A DNA stretch of 64,000 nt from Macrostomum lignano. Taxonomy: Eukaryota. Every line of letters starts with the position of its first letter. Within the stretch, counting starts at the first letter, position 1. The stretch is from positions 124,001 to 188,000 of the forward strand of contig NIVC01002232.1 of NCBI GenBank assembly GCA_002269645.1. Direction: 5' to 3'. Under the pieces are notes generated by a model. The model had not been told where the DNA came from. It did not search any database and saw only the letters and a list, made by a program, of their open reading frames with translations. Below, piece by piece: positions 1 through 13,838 of this stretch. Made by a program: the position numbers and the translations under genes.

Positions 1-210
1 CACAGTCTGTAAGACACGTGTACCACAGTCCATTAGACACGGGTACCACAGTCTGTTAGACACAGGTACCACAGTCTGTAAGACACGTGTACCACAGTCC
101 ATTAGACACGGGTACCACAGTCTGTTAGACACAGGTACCACAGTCTGTAAGACACGTGTACCACAGTCCATTAGACACGGGTACCACAGTCTGTTAGACA
201 CGGGTGCCAC
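1..210. repeat. 23-bp minisatellite organised as a 69-bp three-monomer higher-order repeat (3 copies, open at window start)
   Basis: Units cacagtctgtaagacacgtgtac / cacagtccattagacacgggtac / cacagtctgttagacacaggtac recur in this order at 1, 70 and 139. Confidence 0.9.
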
Positions 211-597
211 AGTCTGTAGGACGCAGAGATCAGTCTGTAAATTGTATATAAAAGCCTTGTTCGTCTGATCCGCGCAGTTTAATTCGAAAGACGGACTCCG
301 CCATGTGTACAGTTCTCGAAAATCTGCACCCCTGGGACGTGGCAATGGCCGCTGGCTACCCGTTGATAACAAAGTCCTATGGTAGTTCCACCTTCCCAGA
401 AACCCACGCTGCTGTGTGTCTTAGCGCGCATCAGAAGCTGTGGATGGCAGCTCTGGAGAAGCCCGAGAAGCCAACGCATGCAACTCACAGACAGAGGTCC
501 GATAAACGAAAAGCGGATGGAGACAAACAGGTAAAAAATTGTTCAGATGTGTCGACTGATTTTGGCTGCAAGTGTGTCTCGACATAGCATAGACTAT

Positions 598-1400
598 TGA
601 AAGAGGGGTGAGTGGGGTAGGTGTCCCGATATCGGCATAGACTGTAGAAAGAGAGGGGTGAGTGATGTGGGTGTCCCGATATCGGCATAGACTGTAGAAA
701 GAGAGGGGTGAGTGGGGTGGGTGTCCCGATATCGGCATAGACTAGTAAAAGAGAGAGGGGTGAGTGGGGTGGGTGTCCCAATATCGTCATAAACTGTAGA
801 AAGAGAGAGGGTGAGTGGGGTGGGTGCCCCGATATCGGCATAGACTGTAGAAAAAGAGAGGGTGAGTGGGGTGGGTGTCCCGATATCGGCATAGACTAGT
901 AAAAGAGAGATGGGTGAGTGGGGTGGGTGTCCCAATATCGTCATTGTAGAAAGAGAGAGGGTGAGTGGGGTGGGTGTCCCGAAATCGGCATAGACTGTAG
1001 AAAGAGAGAGGGTGAGTGGGGTGGGTGTCCCGAAATCGGCATAGACTGTAGAAAAAGAGAGGGTGAGTGGGGTGGGTGTCCCGATATCGGCATAGACTGT
1101 AGAAAGAGAGGGGTGAGTGATGTGGGTGTCCCGAAATCGGCATAGACTGCAGAAAGAGAGGGGTGAGTGGGGTGGGTGTCCCGATATCGGCATAGACTAG
1201 TAAAATAGAGAGGGGTGAGTGGGGTGGGTGTCCCAAATATCGTCATAAACTGTAGAAAGAGAGAAGGGAGAGTGGAGTGGGTGTCCCGAAATCGGCATAG
1301 ACTGTAGAAAAAGAGAGGGTGAGTGGGGTGGGTGTCCCGATTTCGGCATAGACTAGAAAGAGAGAGTAATGAGTGGGTGGTAGTCCCGATATCAGCATAG
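598..1400. repeat. About 55-60-bp G-rich minisatellite
   Basis: About 13 copies of gggtgagtggggtgggtgtcccgatatcggcatagactgtagaaagagag. The long ORFs here only reflect the repeat. Confidence 0.9.
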
Positions 1401-1694
1401 ACAGTGGGGACAGAAGGGTATAGATTTTCTACAGTTTACCAAGAGAGATTTCAAGAAGTTTGTCGTCTGTTGCTTAGCAAACAATCGCTAACGATTACTG
1501 GGAGTGTTTGCACTGGCCCTAAAAATAACTGACAGTTCCTAATTGCAGCGTCTAGTACGAGTATTCCCTGACTAAAAGTGCACACATTCTTGGCTCTCTG
1601 TCAGTTACATTAATAAGAAGATAACTTTTTCCCCATTGCTCGGCTCCGTCGATCTAGCCGTTCAACCGGTGCTACGGAAAATACTGGTTACCAG

Positions 1695-2026
1695 GCGACC
1701 GGTACCTGGCCTGCGACCAGGGCATCGGGGGCGTCATCGGTGGCGTGCTGTACTTGAGCAGCCCTGCCGAAGGCTCGATCTACGCGTACAGCCTGTCTGA
1801 GGCTCCGTCAGCTAGCGAGCCGGGCAACCCTCTGAAGCCGAGCTTTGCTAATCGGGCCGAGCTCTACCTGCCGGAGGCGTTGGCCAACTTCGACTTTACG
1901 GAAGGCGGCGGCTGTCTGCGACCGGCCAGTCTGGCGTTCGACTCGCGGGCTCGCCTCCTCAGAGCTCTGGTTGGCAACTCGCATGCCGGCGTCAGCCACC
2001 TGCTGACCTGCGAGCTGCGCGCCTGA
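1695..2026 (+). CDS. Probable last coding exon of a host gene, possibly a beta-propeller/NHL-like C-terminus
   Basis: Acceptor ttaccag at 1694, then the open frame DRYLACDQGIGGVIGGVLYLSSP...CLRPASLAFDSRARLLRALVGNS...CELRA*. Codon usage is GC-rich like the other host exons. The P-x-x-LAFD motif resembles NHL/propeller repeats. Confidence 0.5.
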
Positions 2027-2049
2027 GGCTGCGGTGGAGCTCTCTGGGG

Positions 2050-2606
2050 GACGCGGAACTTTTTGGGGGGGCGTACCTTTTTGGGGGTGGCGTAACTTGT
2101 TGGGGGGCGTAACTTGTTGGGGGGTGGGGCGGAACTTGTTGGGGGGTGGGGCGGAACTTGTTGAGGGGCGGAACTTGTTGGGGGGCGGAACTTGTTGGGG
2201 GTTGGGGCGGAACTTGTTGAGGGGCGGAACTCGTTGGGGGGCGGAACTCGTTGAGGGGCCGGAACTCGTTGGGGGCGGAACTCGTTGGGGGGGGTGGAAC
2301 TTGTTGGGGGCGGAACTCGTTGGGGGGCGGAACTCGTTGGGGGCGGAACTTTTTGGGGGGGGGCGGAACTTTTTGGGGGGCGAAATTCGTTGGGAGACGA
2401 AACGTGTTGGGGAACTTTGTTGGAGGCAGAACTTTTTGAGGGGGGAACTTGTTGGGTGGGGGGCGGAACTCGTTGGGGGGAGGGGCGGAACTCGTTGGGG
2501 GGGGGCGGAACTCGTTGGGGGGAGGGGCGGAACTCGTTGGGGGGAGGGGCGGAACTCGTTGGGGGAGGGGCGGAACTCGTTGGGGGGAGGGGCGGAACTC
2601 GTTGGG
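2050..2606. repeat. G-rich tandem repeat of about 20 bp (ggggcggaactcgttggggg)
   Basis: Tandem units with G4-G9 runs are directly visible. Confidence 0.9.
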
Positions 2607-3043
2607 TTACAAAACTCGCAATATGCGGAACGCTTGAGAAATGGTTTAATTCAAATTTCTAACTGTTCACTCTTACAATGTTTATAATTTTTAGTAAGCA
2701 AAGGAAGATAAATGTGGTCAGTTTTCTGGACTTATTGAGATTGTATCAATATTTGAAAGGAGCGGTATTATTCATAGGGTGCAGGGGGGCCATTGGCCAT
2801 CATGCTGGAAATGAGAGAATGAGCTCTCGCGGTAGCTGCACTGCAATGTATGAGATATGCAAATCTCTCGCCCTTAATCTACTTATTCAATCTAGATCTA
2901 TCACGCGGTTTTGCAGAACCCACAGCTGCCAGTGAATTGCTTAAGGAGTCACGGCATAAACGGCCGTCCGATTCGCCATTTTCCCTTCATTTCTTCCCCC
3001 TTCTTTTCTTCAGTTCCATTTCTGGCACTGTGCCAAAGCTTCC

Positions 3044-4680
<1,637 letters not shown>

Positions 4681-5294
4681 TATTCTAACGCCACCTGAAT
4701 ATCAAACCGCAGAAATCAACGGGTTTTATGCGAGTTTACTGTATCAGATTTTCTCCTCAAAACTCTAACGCATTCATATCGCATACATCTAGATATTTAA
4801 TATATAGGATGAAGGCTACTCGCCATCCGCCGCGATTCGCCTCTCCCCCAAGCCTCGCCGTTTCATTTGGTTCCAACCGGGCGAGGCCGCCCAGTCTCTC
4901 TGCAAGCGGGGAGCCCCGCAACCCTCGGCCCCCATCAATCACCCGAGAGAGCGGCCGGTTGGCCAACTGGACTGAAGCTCGAGAGCTATTTATAGCACTT
5001 GCTCCTAGGAGAGAAAACTCGCTGGCGGAATACGCCTTACAGATCTGTGCGGCTCGAGCTGGGAAGAAGCTCGCCTTGCCGCTGCCTGCTGTGTGGTGTG
5101 TGTGGAAACTCCCGGAGAGGGATTTTCATACTCCAGAGAAATTGATGGGGCCCAGGCTTTTTCGTCGCGGCTCTCTCTGTAAGGCTTCTGAGATGTTATA
5201 GCATGAGACGGTTTTTACTGCTCTAACGGGTTTCGAGCTGATTGCGTAATCTGCTTGAATAGCTGATTTTCTTGACTGATTCACTGGCTAACTC

Positions 5295-8040
5295 ATGATG
5301 CTGGCTGGCTAGATTAGCAATCCATTCTATTCCTTCATCAGTGATGTTGGCTAGATTAGCAATCCATTCTATTCCTTCATCAGTGATGTTGGCTAGATTA
5401 GCAATCCATTCTATTCCTTCATCAGTGATGTTGGCTAGATTAGCAATCCATTCTATTCCTTCATCAGTGATGCTGGCTGGCTAGATTAGCAATCCATTCT
5501 ATTCCTTCATCAGTGATGTTGGCTAGATTAGCAATCCATTCTATTCCTTCATCAGTGATGCTGGCTGGCTAGATTAGCAATCCATTCTATTCCTTCATCA
5601 GTGATGCTGGCTGGCTAGATTAGCAATCCATTCTATTCCTTCATCAGTGATGCTGGCTGGCTAGATTAGCAATCCATTCTATTCCTTCATCAGTGATGCT
5701 GGCTAGATTAGCAATCCATTCTATTCCTTCATCAGTGATGCTGGCTAGATTAGCAATACATTCTATTCCTTCATCAGTGATGTTGGCTAGATTAGCAATC
5801 CATTCTATTCCTTCATCAGTGATGCTGGCTAGATTAGCAATCCATTCTATTCCTTCATCAGTGATGCTGGCTAGATTAGCAATACATTCTATTCCTTCAT
5901 CAGTGATGCTGGCTAGATTAGCAATACATTCTATTCCTTCATCAGTGATGCTGGCTAGACTAGCAATCCATTCTATTCCTTCATCAGTGATGCTGGCTGG
6001 CTAGATTAGCAATACATTCTATTCCTTCATCAGTGATGCTGGCTAGACTAGCAATCCATTCTATTCCTTCATCAGTGATGCTGGCTGGCTAGATTAGCAA
6101 TACATTCTATTCCTTCATCAGTGATGCTGGCTAGACTAGCAATCCATTCTATTCCTTCATCAGTGATGCTGGCTAGATTAGCAATACATTCTATTCCTTC
6201 ATCAGTGATGCTGGCTAGATTAGCAATACATTCTATTCCTTCATCAGTGATGCTGGCTAGACTAGCAATCCATTCTATTCCTTCATCAGTGATGCTGGCT
6301 AGATTAGCAATCCATTCTATTCCTTCATCAGTGATGCTGGCTAGATTAGCAATCCATTCTATTCCTTCATCAGTGATGCTGGCTAGATTAGCAATCCATT
6401 CTACATTCTATTCCTTCATCAGTGATGTTGGCTAGACTAGCAATCCATTCTATTCCTTCATCAGTGATGTTGGCTAGATTAGCAATCCATTCTATTCCTT
6501 CATCAGTGATGTTGGCTAGATTAGCCATCCATTCTATTCCTTCATCAGTGATGTTGGCTAGATTAGCCATCCATTCTGTTCCTTCATCAGTGATGTTGGC
6601 TAGATTAGCCATCCATTCTATTCCTTCATCAGTGATGCTGGCTAGATTAGCAATCCATTCTATTCCTTCATCAGTGATGTTGGCTAGATTAGCAATCCAT
6701 TCTATTCCTTCATCAGTGATGCTGGCTAGATTAGCAATCCATTCTATTCCTTCATCAGTGATGTTGGCTAGATTAGCAGTCCATTCTATTCCTTCATCAG
6801 TGATACTGGCTAGATTAGCAATCCATTTTATTCCTTCATCTGTGATGTTGGCTAGATTAGCAATCCATTCTATTCCTTCATCTGTGATGTTGGCTAGATT
6901 AGCAATCCATTCTATTCCTTCATCAGTGATGCTGGCTAGATTAGCAATCCATTCTATTCCTTCATCAGTGATGCTGGCTAGATTAGCAATCCATTCTATT
7001 CCTTCATCAGTGATGTTGGCTAGATTAGCAATCCATTCTATTCCTTCATCAGTGATGCTGGCTAGATTAGCAATCCATTCTATTCCTTCATCAGTGATGT
7101 TGGCTAGATTAGCAGTCCATTCTATTCCTTCATCAGTGATACTGGCTAGATTAGCAATCCATTTTATTCCTTCTTCTGTGATGTTGGCTAGATTAGCCAT
7201 CCATTCTATTCCTTCATCTGTGATGTTGGCTAGATTAGCAGTCCATTCTATTCCTTCATCTGTGATGTTGGCTAGATTAGCAATCCATTCTATTCCTTCA
7301 TCTGTGATGTTGGCTAGATTAGCCATCCATTCTATTCCTTCATCTGTGATGCTGGCTAGATTAGCAATCCATTCTATTCCTTCATCTGTGATGTTGGCTA
7401 GATTAGCAATCCATTCTATTCCTTCATCTGTGATGTTGGCTAGATTAGCAATCCATTCTATTCCTTCATCAGTGATGTTGGCTAGATTAGCAATCCATTC
7501 TATTCCTTCATCAGTGATGCTGGCTAGATTAGCAATCCATTCTATTCTTCATCTGTGATGTTGGCTAGATTAGCAATCCAATCTATTCCTTCATCAGTGA
7601 TACTGGCTAGATTAGCAATCCATTCTATTCCTTCATATGTGATGTTGGCTAGATTAGCAATCCATTTTATTCCTTCATCAGTGATGTTGGCTAGGTTAGC
7701 AATCCATTCTATTCCTTCATCAATGATGTTGGCTAGATTAGCAATCCATTTTATTCCTTCATCAGTGATGTTGGCTAGATTAGCAATCCATTCTATTCCT
7801 TCATCTGTGATGTTGGCTAGATTAGCAATCCATTCTATTCCTTCATCTGTGATGTTGGCTAGATTAGCAATCCATTCTATTCCTTCATCTGTGATGTTGG
7901 CTAGATTAGCCATCCATTCTATTCCTTCATCTGTGATGTTGGCTAGATTAGCAATCCATTCTATTCCTTCATCTGTGATGTTGGCTAGATTAGCCATCCA
8001 TTCTATTCCTTCATCAGTGATGTTGGCTAGATTAGCAATC
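5295..8040. repeat. 42-bp minisatellite, about 65 copies
   Basis: Unit gtgatgctggctagattagcaatccattctattccttcatca. The length is a multiple of 3, which explains the MLARLAIHSIPSSV ORFs. Confidence 0.97.
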
Positions 8041-8643
8041 CAATCTTTACCATTTCCGAGTTTAAAGACGAGATTTCCATCTAATCGAGTAGTTAAAGTT
8101 TATTATTAACTAATTTAATTTCTGTATGGTTTCATTATTTTCTATTTAATAAATCATATTTGATAGTTACTTAATCAAATTTAGCACAGAACTCCCCCTG
8201 AAAATACCAATAACTACAATGAAAGATAAAATGACGCACTTTGGATGCAATTTGCACTATATATGAATAAAACATGGCTCAGTATTTCAAGGGGGAATGC
8301 CAACCGTTAATGCTAACGAGAGAGCTGAATAAATACAAAGTTTTATCATGGAGGAAATCGCTAGATTCAATAAGTATAACTAATCGACAAACTAACAGAA
8401 CTGACTGGATAAAGTCGAAGAAAATCTGTTTCGGATTAACACGGGTAGTACTTTTAGTTCGATAGTCTAGCGCCTGAGCTACTTTCAACTCTCCTGAGCT
8501 CTCATATCCTTCTTTGCTCTCGGGATCACTGCTTTCAACTCTAGGCTTCGATCCCTCCACCTGCTCAGCTCCCAGGGTGCAGGGCTCAACGGTCCAACGG
8601 CTACAGAGTGTTTGAGCAAGCCAAGTCTGTCAGTTTCCTCAAC

Positions 8644-10308
8644 CTACTCCCCGGGGAGCAGGACGGTGTCAACTGTGCCCGGAGTCAGCCCGTCGCCTCC
8701 ATCAGTCCCAGCTGCCGTGTCAAAGTCTTCGTCAATCCACAGGTCTACGGAGTCCCTGTCGAATGCCAGCCGGCCCCAGCCAGCGCCGTGCATCGCTGAT
8801 CTTGCGGGGGTGCCGATCAGAGCCAGGCTGCTCGGGGCGTGGACACCGTGGCCTCCGCCGCCACTGCTGCCTCCGCCGTCGCCGCCTCCGCCGCCGCTGC
8901 CAACGCAGAACCCGCTGCACAGGTAGCTACTCAGGGCTTCACTCAGCCGTTGCTGCTGCTGGCTTGTGCTCGACCTCGCTGCACCGGGGTCTGATGCTTT
9001 TCTTGAAGGCAATCGCTGCTGCTGCTGCTGCTGATGATGATGATGATGCTGTGAAGGCGGCGGCAGGAAGTCCCGACAGCAGCAGATGTACAGGAGAATG
9101 GCCATCAGCAGCATGCCTAGAAGTGCCGTCAGGGTGGCTACCGAGGCTGCAGCAGCCGGTCCGAGATCCATGGAGGACGGCAGCAGGTCGAGTAGCTCGC
9201 AGTTGATGCCGCGGAACCCCGGCCGGCACCGGCAGTGCGGCTGGTCGAGCCGCTGCTCAACTCGCTGCTCCCGGGTCAACCAGCTGACAGTGACGAGGCA
9301 GGTGCCGTCGTTGGCGCAGTAGTACTGATCGCCGGTGAGGCTGCACGGCACCTGGCGAATCACGCGGGCCTCCGGTTGGACGAAGAACTCCGGCGGCGGC
9401 TCCTGCACCCGGGCCGGCTGGCGGCCGCAGGCGGCGGCGCCCGGTGGCTTGCGAAGGGCCGCCAGGACCAGCAGCAGCAGCCGGTGGCGTGCCTGGCGAC
9501 AGCCGCGACGGCGCCTGGGAGGAGGACATTCCTTGAGAAGCTGGATTCTGTTCTGCTCAATCTGATTCTCAGGCTGATGTTCGTCATCCTGCTGCTGATT
9601 GAGTGCTTGACATCGATGGTTGTCATGGTTACTAGTCTTGTCTGGAGGACGATTCTGACAGTGATGCTGGTCATGATGCTGGTCATGGTGTTGGTCATGA
9701 TGCTGGTCTTGATGTTGGTCATGATGTTGGTCATGGTGTTGGTCATGATGCTGGTCTTGATGCTGGTCATGGTGTTGGTCATGATGCTGGTCTTGATGTT
9801 GGTCATGATGCTGGTCATGGTGTTGGTCATGATGCTGGTCTTGATGTTGGTCATGATGTTGGTCATGGTGTTGGTCATGATGCTGGTCTTGATGTTGGTC
9901 ATGAGGTTGGTCATGATGTTGGTCATGATGCTGGTCATAGTGTTGGTCATGATGCTGGTCTTGATGTTGGTCATGATGCTGGTCATGGTGTTGGTCATGA
10001 TGCTGGTCTTGATGTTGGTCATGAGGTTGGTCATGATGTTGGTCATGATGCTGGTCATGAGGTTGGTCATGATGTTGGTCATGAGGTTGGTCATGATGTT
10101 GGTCATGATGCTGGTCATTGTTATGCTGATGGTGGCGCTGATCATGACGGTGGTCAGGATGTTGGTCATGGTGATTCAAGCCATCGCACTGTTTACAGCA
10201 GCGACAAGCACAATGTGGATCATCAATGCTGCGGTTAAGTTCATGATGAAGCTTCAATTCGAGATGCTGGCCTTGAAAGCGCAAATTTTTATTCTGCAAC
10301 ATTCTCAA
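8644..10308 (-). CDS. Single-pass membrane protein with one EGF-like domain; 5' boundary uncertain
   Basis: Six-cysteine EGF pattern CSLTGDQYYCANDGTCL...HCRCRPGFRGINC, then the hydrophobic segment VATLTALLGMLLMAILLYICCC and a His/Gln/Gly-rich tail. Upstream in the same frame is a (QHHD)n repeat. Confidence 0.65.
   Translation of the reverse strand: MRMLQNKNLRFQGQHLELKLHHELNRSIDDPHCACRCCKQCDGLNHHDQHPDHRHDQRHHQHNNDQHHDQHHDQPHDQHHDQPHDQHHDQHHDQPHDQHQDQHHDQHHDQHHDQHQDQHHDQHYDQHHDQHHDQPHDQHQDQHHDQHHDQHHDQHQDQHHDQHHDQHHDQHQDQHHDQHHDQHQDQHHDQHHDQHHDQHQDQHHDQHHDQHHDQHHCQNRPPDKTSNHDNHRCQALNQQQDDEHQPENQIEQNRIQLLKECPPPRRRRGCRQARHRLLLLVLAALRKPPGAAACGRQPARVQEPPPEFFVQPEARVIRQVPCSLTGDQYYCANDGTCLVTVSWLTREQRVEQRLDQPHCRCRPGFRGINCELLDLLPSSMDLGPAAAASVATLTALLGMLLMAILLYICCCRDFLPPPSQHHHHHQQQQQQRLPSRKASDPGAARSSTSQQQQRLSEALSSYLCSGFCVGSGGGGGDGGGSSGGGGHGVHAPSSLALIGTPARSAMHGAGWGRLAFDRDSVDLWIDEDFDTAAGTDGGDGLTPGTVDTVLLPGE
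9660..10170. repeat. 12-bp-based repeat (ggtcatgatgtt variants)
   Basis: Tandem units visible. On the minus strand it reads (QHHD)n or (TNIM)n. Confidence 0.9.
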
Positions 10309-10884
10309 CGGCTATACTTTCTATTGATCTTCAAAGCAACTAACTCTCTGCCAGAAGCGACCTTTATTGTTGCATGTGCGCCCTGTGCTCCGTAGAAGTT
10401 AACTAAAAGCAATATAAACATGCCGGTTTCTGTGCCGGCATGTTCTGGCATGCAGAAAAGAAAAGATATTCAAGGAAAAACTCGGCTGCATTTAAGACCT
10501 TGCAGGATTGGCTCGACGCTCTCATTCGCCCCGGAGCACGGATTGCGGTGCGTTTCTTTGCTTTCTTGGCTCCTCTGTGTCCCATTTTCTACTTCTGCCC
10601 GGCAGGCAATTTTACTATTTAAGTTTATGACCTCTTAGTTTCTGTGCGACTTTTTTCTACCAAAGCATTAACAGTGCCTGGGAATTTTTTATAAATTAAC
10701 TCTTTCTTATGTGCAATTAGTATGATTAATATGCATGGTATGAGGTTAGTATGTGTTCTGTACATAGTTCAAAAAATGTATTACTGAGGGGTTTAAAAGT
10801 CGGTGTTGAGTGCTTAAATGTCTAGACATTTAACTCCAGCCAATACGCGATCACGAGGCGTTTGGCGTTCCAAGGCCACTAACT

Positions 10885-11175
10885 TGGGATTCCCCTGACT
10901 GGGATACCCCTGACTGGGATTCCCCTGACTGGGATTCCTCTGACTAGGATTCTCCTGACTGGGATTTCTCTGACTGGGATTCCCCGACTGGGATTCCTCT
11001 GGCTTGGATTCCTCTGACTGGGATTCCCCGACTGGGATTCCTCTGGCTTGGATTCCTCTGACTGGGATTCCCCTGACTGGATTAATCTGGCTTGGATTCC
11101 CCCGAATAGGATTCCCCTGAATGGGATTCCCCTGACTGGGATTCTCCTGAATTGGATTTTCGATTGGGATTTCCC
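10885..11175. repeat. 15-bp tandem repeat tgactgggattcccc
   Basis: About 18 degenerate units visible. Confidence 0.85.
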
Positions 11176-11717
11176 TGTATGGGATTCCACTGACTGTGAA
11201 GAAGCAAGTGAATGCTTCCTATTTCGCCGCAGAAAACCGGGCACCCAGCAGCAAAATTTGCACGATTTGCGAGTCCAGAAGCCTTCTGCTTCAGCTGTCC
11301 ATGAAACGACGGCACACGGCACCATCGTAGCAAATAAGCAGAAAGGCATTAGGAACAATATTCCCCAGGTGCTGGTCCCCTAAGCAGGTGATACGAGACA
11401 TAAAATAGGAGGCGACATCAGCAGCAGCATTGCAGCAGAAGCAATTTCCTTCTAGAAGAAGATATGGCCAAAAGCGGAGCGTATCTTCGGGCAGCATGGT
11501 GTGGACTTCAATAGGAAATGAACGCTTTGGTGCCAGGAAATTTTCGTCCCAAAAGCTGCGAGCTCTAGAAGATGCATACGACTTCCTTCGTTTGTTCCTA
11601 GAAGAATCCAGTTGCAAAAATGGATCTTAAAAGTACGCACGTGTACTTTTTGTTTACATTTAACGTTTTATTGGAACTGTTTTTACTAGCTTGGGTGAAA
11701 CATTAAACATTCCCGAC

Positions 11718-11990
11718 TGACATTCACCCTTAATATACTCCTACCCCAATGTACATTCACCCTTAATATATCCCTACCCCAATGTACATTCACCCTTAAT
11801 ATACTCCTACCCCAATGTACATTCACCCTTAATATATACCTACCCCAATGTACATTCACCCTTAGTATACTCCTACCCCCAATGTAAATTCACCCTTAAT
11901 ATACTCCTACCCCAATGTACATTTACCCTTAATATATCTGTACTACTACCCTAATGTACATTCACCCTTAATAAATCTACCCTTCAATGT
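11718..11990. repeat. 33-bp minisatellite tacattcacccttaatatactcctaccccaatg
   Basis: About 7-8 tandem copies. Confidence 0.9.
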
Positions 11991-12969
11991 ACATTCAACT
12001 TTATTTTAGTACAATGTACCAATTGTTAGATTCATTTAATAATTGGGAATTTCAAGATATTTTGAAACAGAAGTCAAAATTTTCAGTTGGATTTGATTCC
12101 CCTTGCCGCATAAATTGTATTAAAAAGTTCATTCGAGATCATAAAAAATTTCATTCAGAAATTTTGTTAAAAAAAAACAATCATAAAAAACAATTGACAG
12201 GTTACAGGTTACAGTGAAATGAAACTTCAAAGAAACAAGATTTAAAGACTAGTTTATAGTAGAATTTATGCAAAATTATGAGATTTATGACCAGTAGACA
12301 TAAAATAGAATTAATGAAAAAGAATTTCAGAATTAGAATTTCATAACTGAATTTATACCTAGAATTTATGTCCATGAATTTACCCTTAATATTCTCCTGT
12401 CCAATGATTCATACCTGAATTACATAACTCCTACAATCATGTAACCAATGAATTAAGCCTGAATCATACATTCATCCCTAATATCCCCATGTACATTCAT
12501 CCTAATTAGGAGTCTGTACATACATAATCCTACAATTACATAACTCCTATCATGCCAACTTTCATAGCCTGAATCATAGATAAATAATTTTACCACTGAA
12601 TTACTGACTACTACCCAGAAATTAATAAATCTTATATTCTTCAAGTTGAGCTCAACTTTCATTTTAGTAAAACAAAGTGTACCAAATTGTTAGATAAAGT
12701 AAGGCATTTTAATAATCAGGCACTGAATTTAGACACGACACAGAAGAGTTAATAGGCTGGAATAACGCAGAAAAACAACAAAATCTATGCAGATTGCTAT
12801 AGATTGCCGGCCGTATGCTAGCCATAAATTTAGTGATCTAAACAGAAGTTCATTAGATGATCATAAAAAATTATACATTTTGTGACAGAAACTTCAACTT
12901 TTAAAAAAAATTACCTACTTCATAGAACCATATTCAAGATGGATTTTAGAAGATAGTTTAGAATTTTTA

Positions 12970-13650
12970 GAAACCATAGAATTTCATAGAAACCATAGAA
13001 TTTCATAGAATTTCATAGAAACCATAGAATTTCATAGAATTTCATAGAATTTCATAGAAACCATAGAATTTCATAGAAATCATAGAATTTCATAAAAATC
13101 ATAGAATTTCATAGAAACCATAGAATTTCATAGAAACCATAGAATTTCATAGAAACCATAGAATTTCAAAGAAACCATAGAATTTCATAGAAACCATAGA
13201 ATTTCATAGAAACCATAGAATTTCATAGAATTTCATAGAAACCATAGAATTTCATAGAATTTCATAGAAACCATAGAATTTCATAGAAATCATAGAATTT
13301 CATAGAAATCATAGAATTTCATAAAAATCATAGAATTTCATAGAAACCATAGAATTTCAAAGAAACCATAGAATTTCATAGAAACCATAGAATTTCATAG
13401 AAACCATAGAATTTCATAGAAACCATAGAATTTCATAGAAACCACAGAATCTCATAGAAATCATAGAATTTCATAGAAACCATAGAATTTCATAGAAACC
13501 ACAGAATCTCATAGAAAACATAGAATTTCATAGAAACCATAGAATTTCATAGAAACCACAGAATCTCATAGAAATCATAGAATTTCATAGAAACCATAGA
13601 ATTTCATAGAAACTATAGAATTTCATAGAAACCATAGAGTTTCATAGAAA
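12970..13650. repeat. 19-bp (and 11-bp variant) AT-rich minisatellite atagaatttcatagaaacc
   Basis: Tandem copies directly visible, just 3' of the CRAT stop codon. Confidence 0.92.
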
Positions 13651-13838
13651 TGACCAACTTTCCAAGAAATCTCTGATTAGTATCGGCAGTGCTAGTAGTG
13701 CTAAGACAATAACGATTGATCGAGAAGAATAACGATAACGACGTAAGTCCTGACTAAGGCAAATTGAGAAATTTAGGGAAGCAATTGTATGACAAAATTA
13801 TTAATAATTGATTATCAATTTGACCCCAAGCCGATGAG

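Noticed and set aside
279-587. Possible exon upstream of the 1695-2026 exon
   Set aside because: It has an acceptor-like site and an open frame, but no strong donor in the phase needed to join the next exon and no recognisable domain.
5295-8040. Minisatellites (this one and others such as 16818-17340, 37345-38485 and 43805-44930) as CRISPR arrays
   Set aside because: Units are head-to-tail with no unique spacers, there are no cas genes, and the context is eukaryotic.
10879-11617. Minus-strand ORFs with a signal-peptide-like stretch as the first exon of the EGF gene
   Set aside because: They start at non-ATG codons, run into a 15-bp repeat, and have no convincing splice path to the EGF exon.
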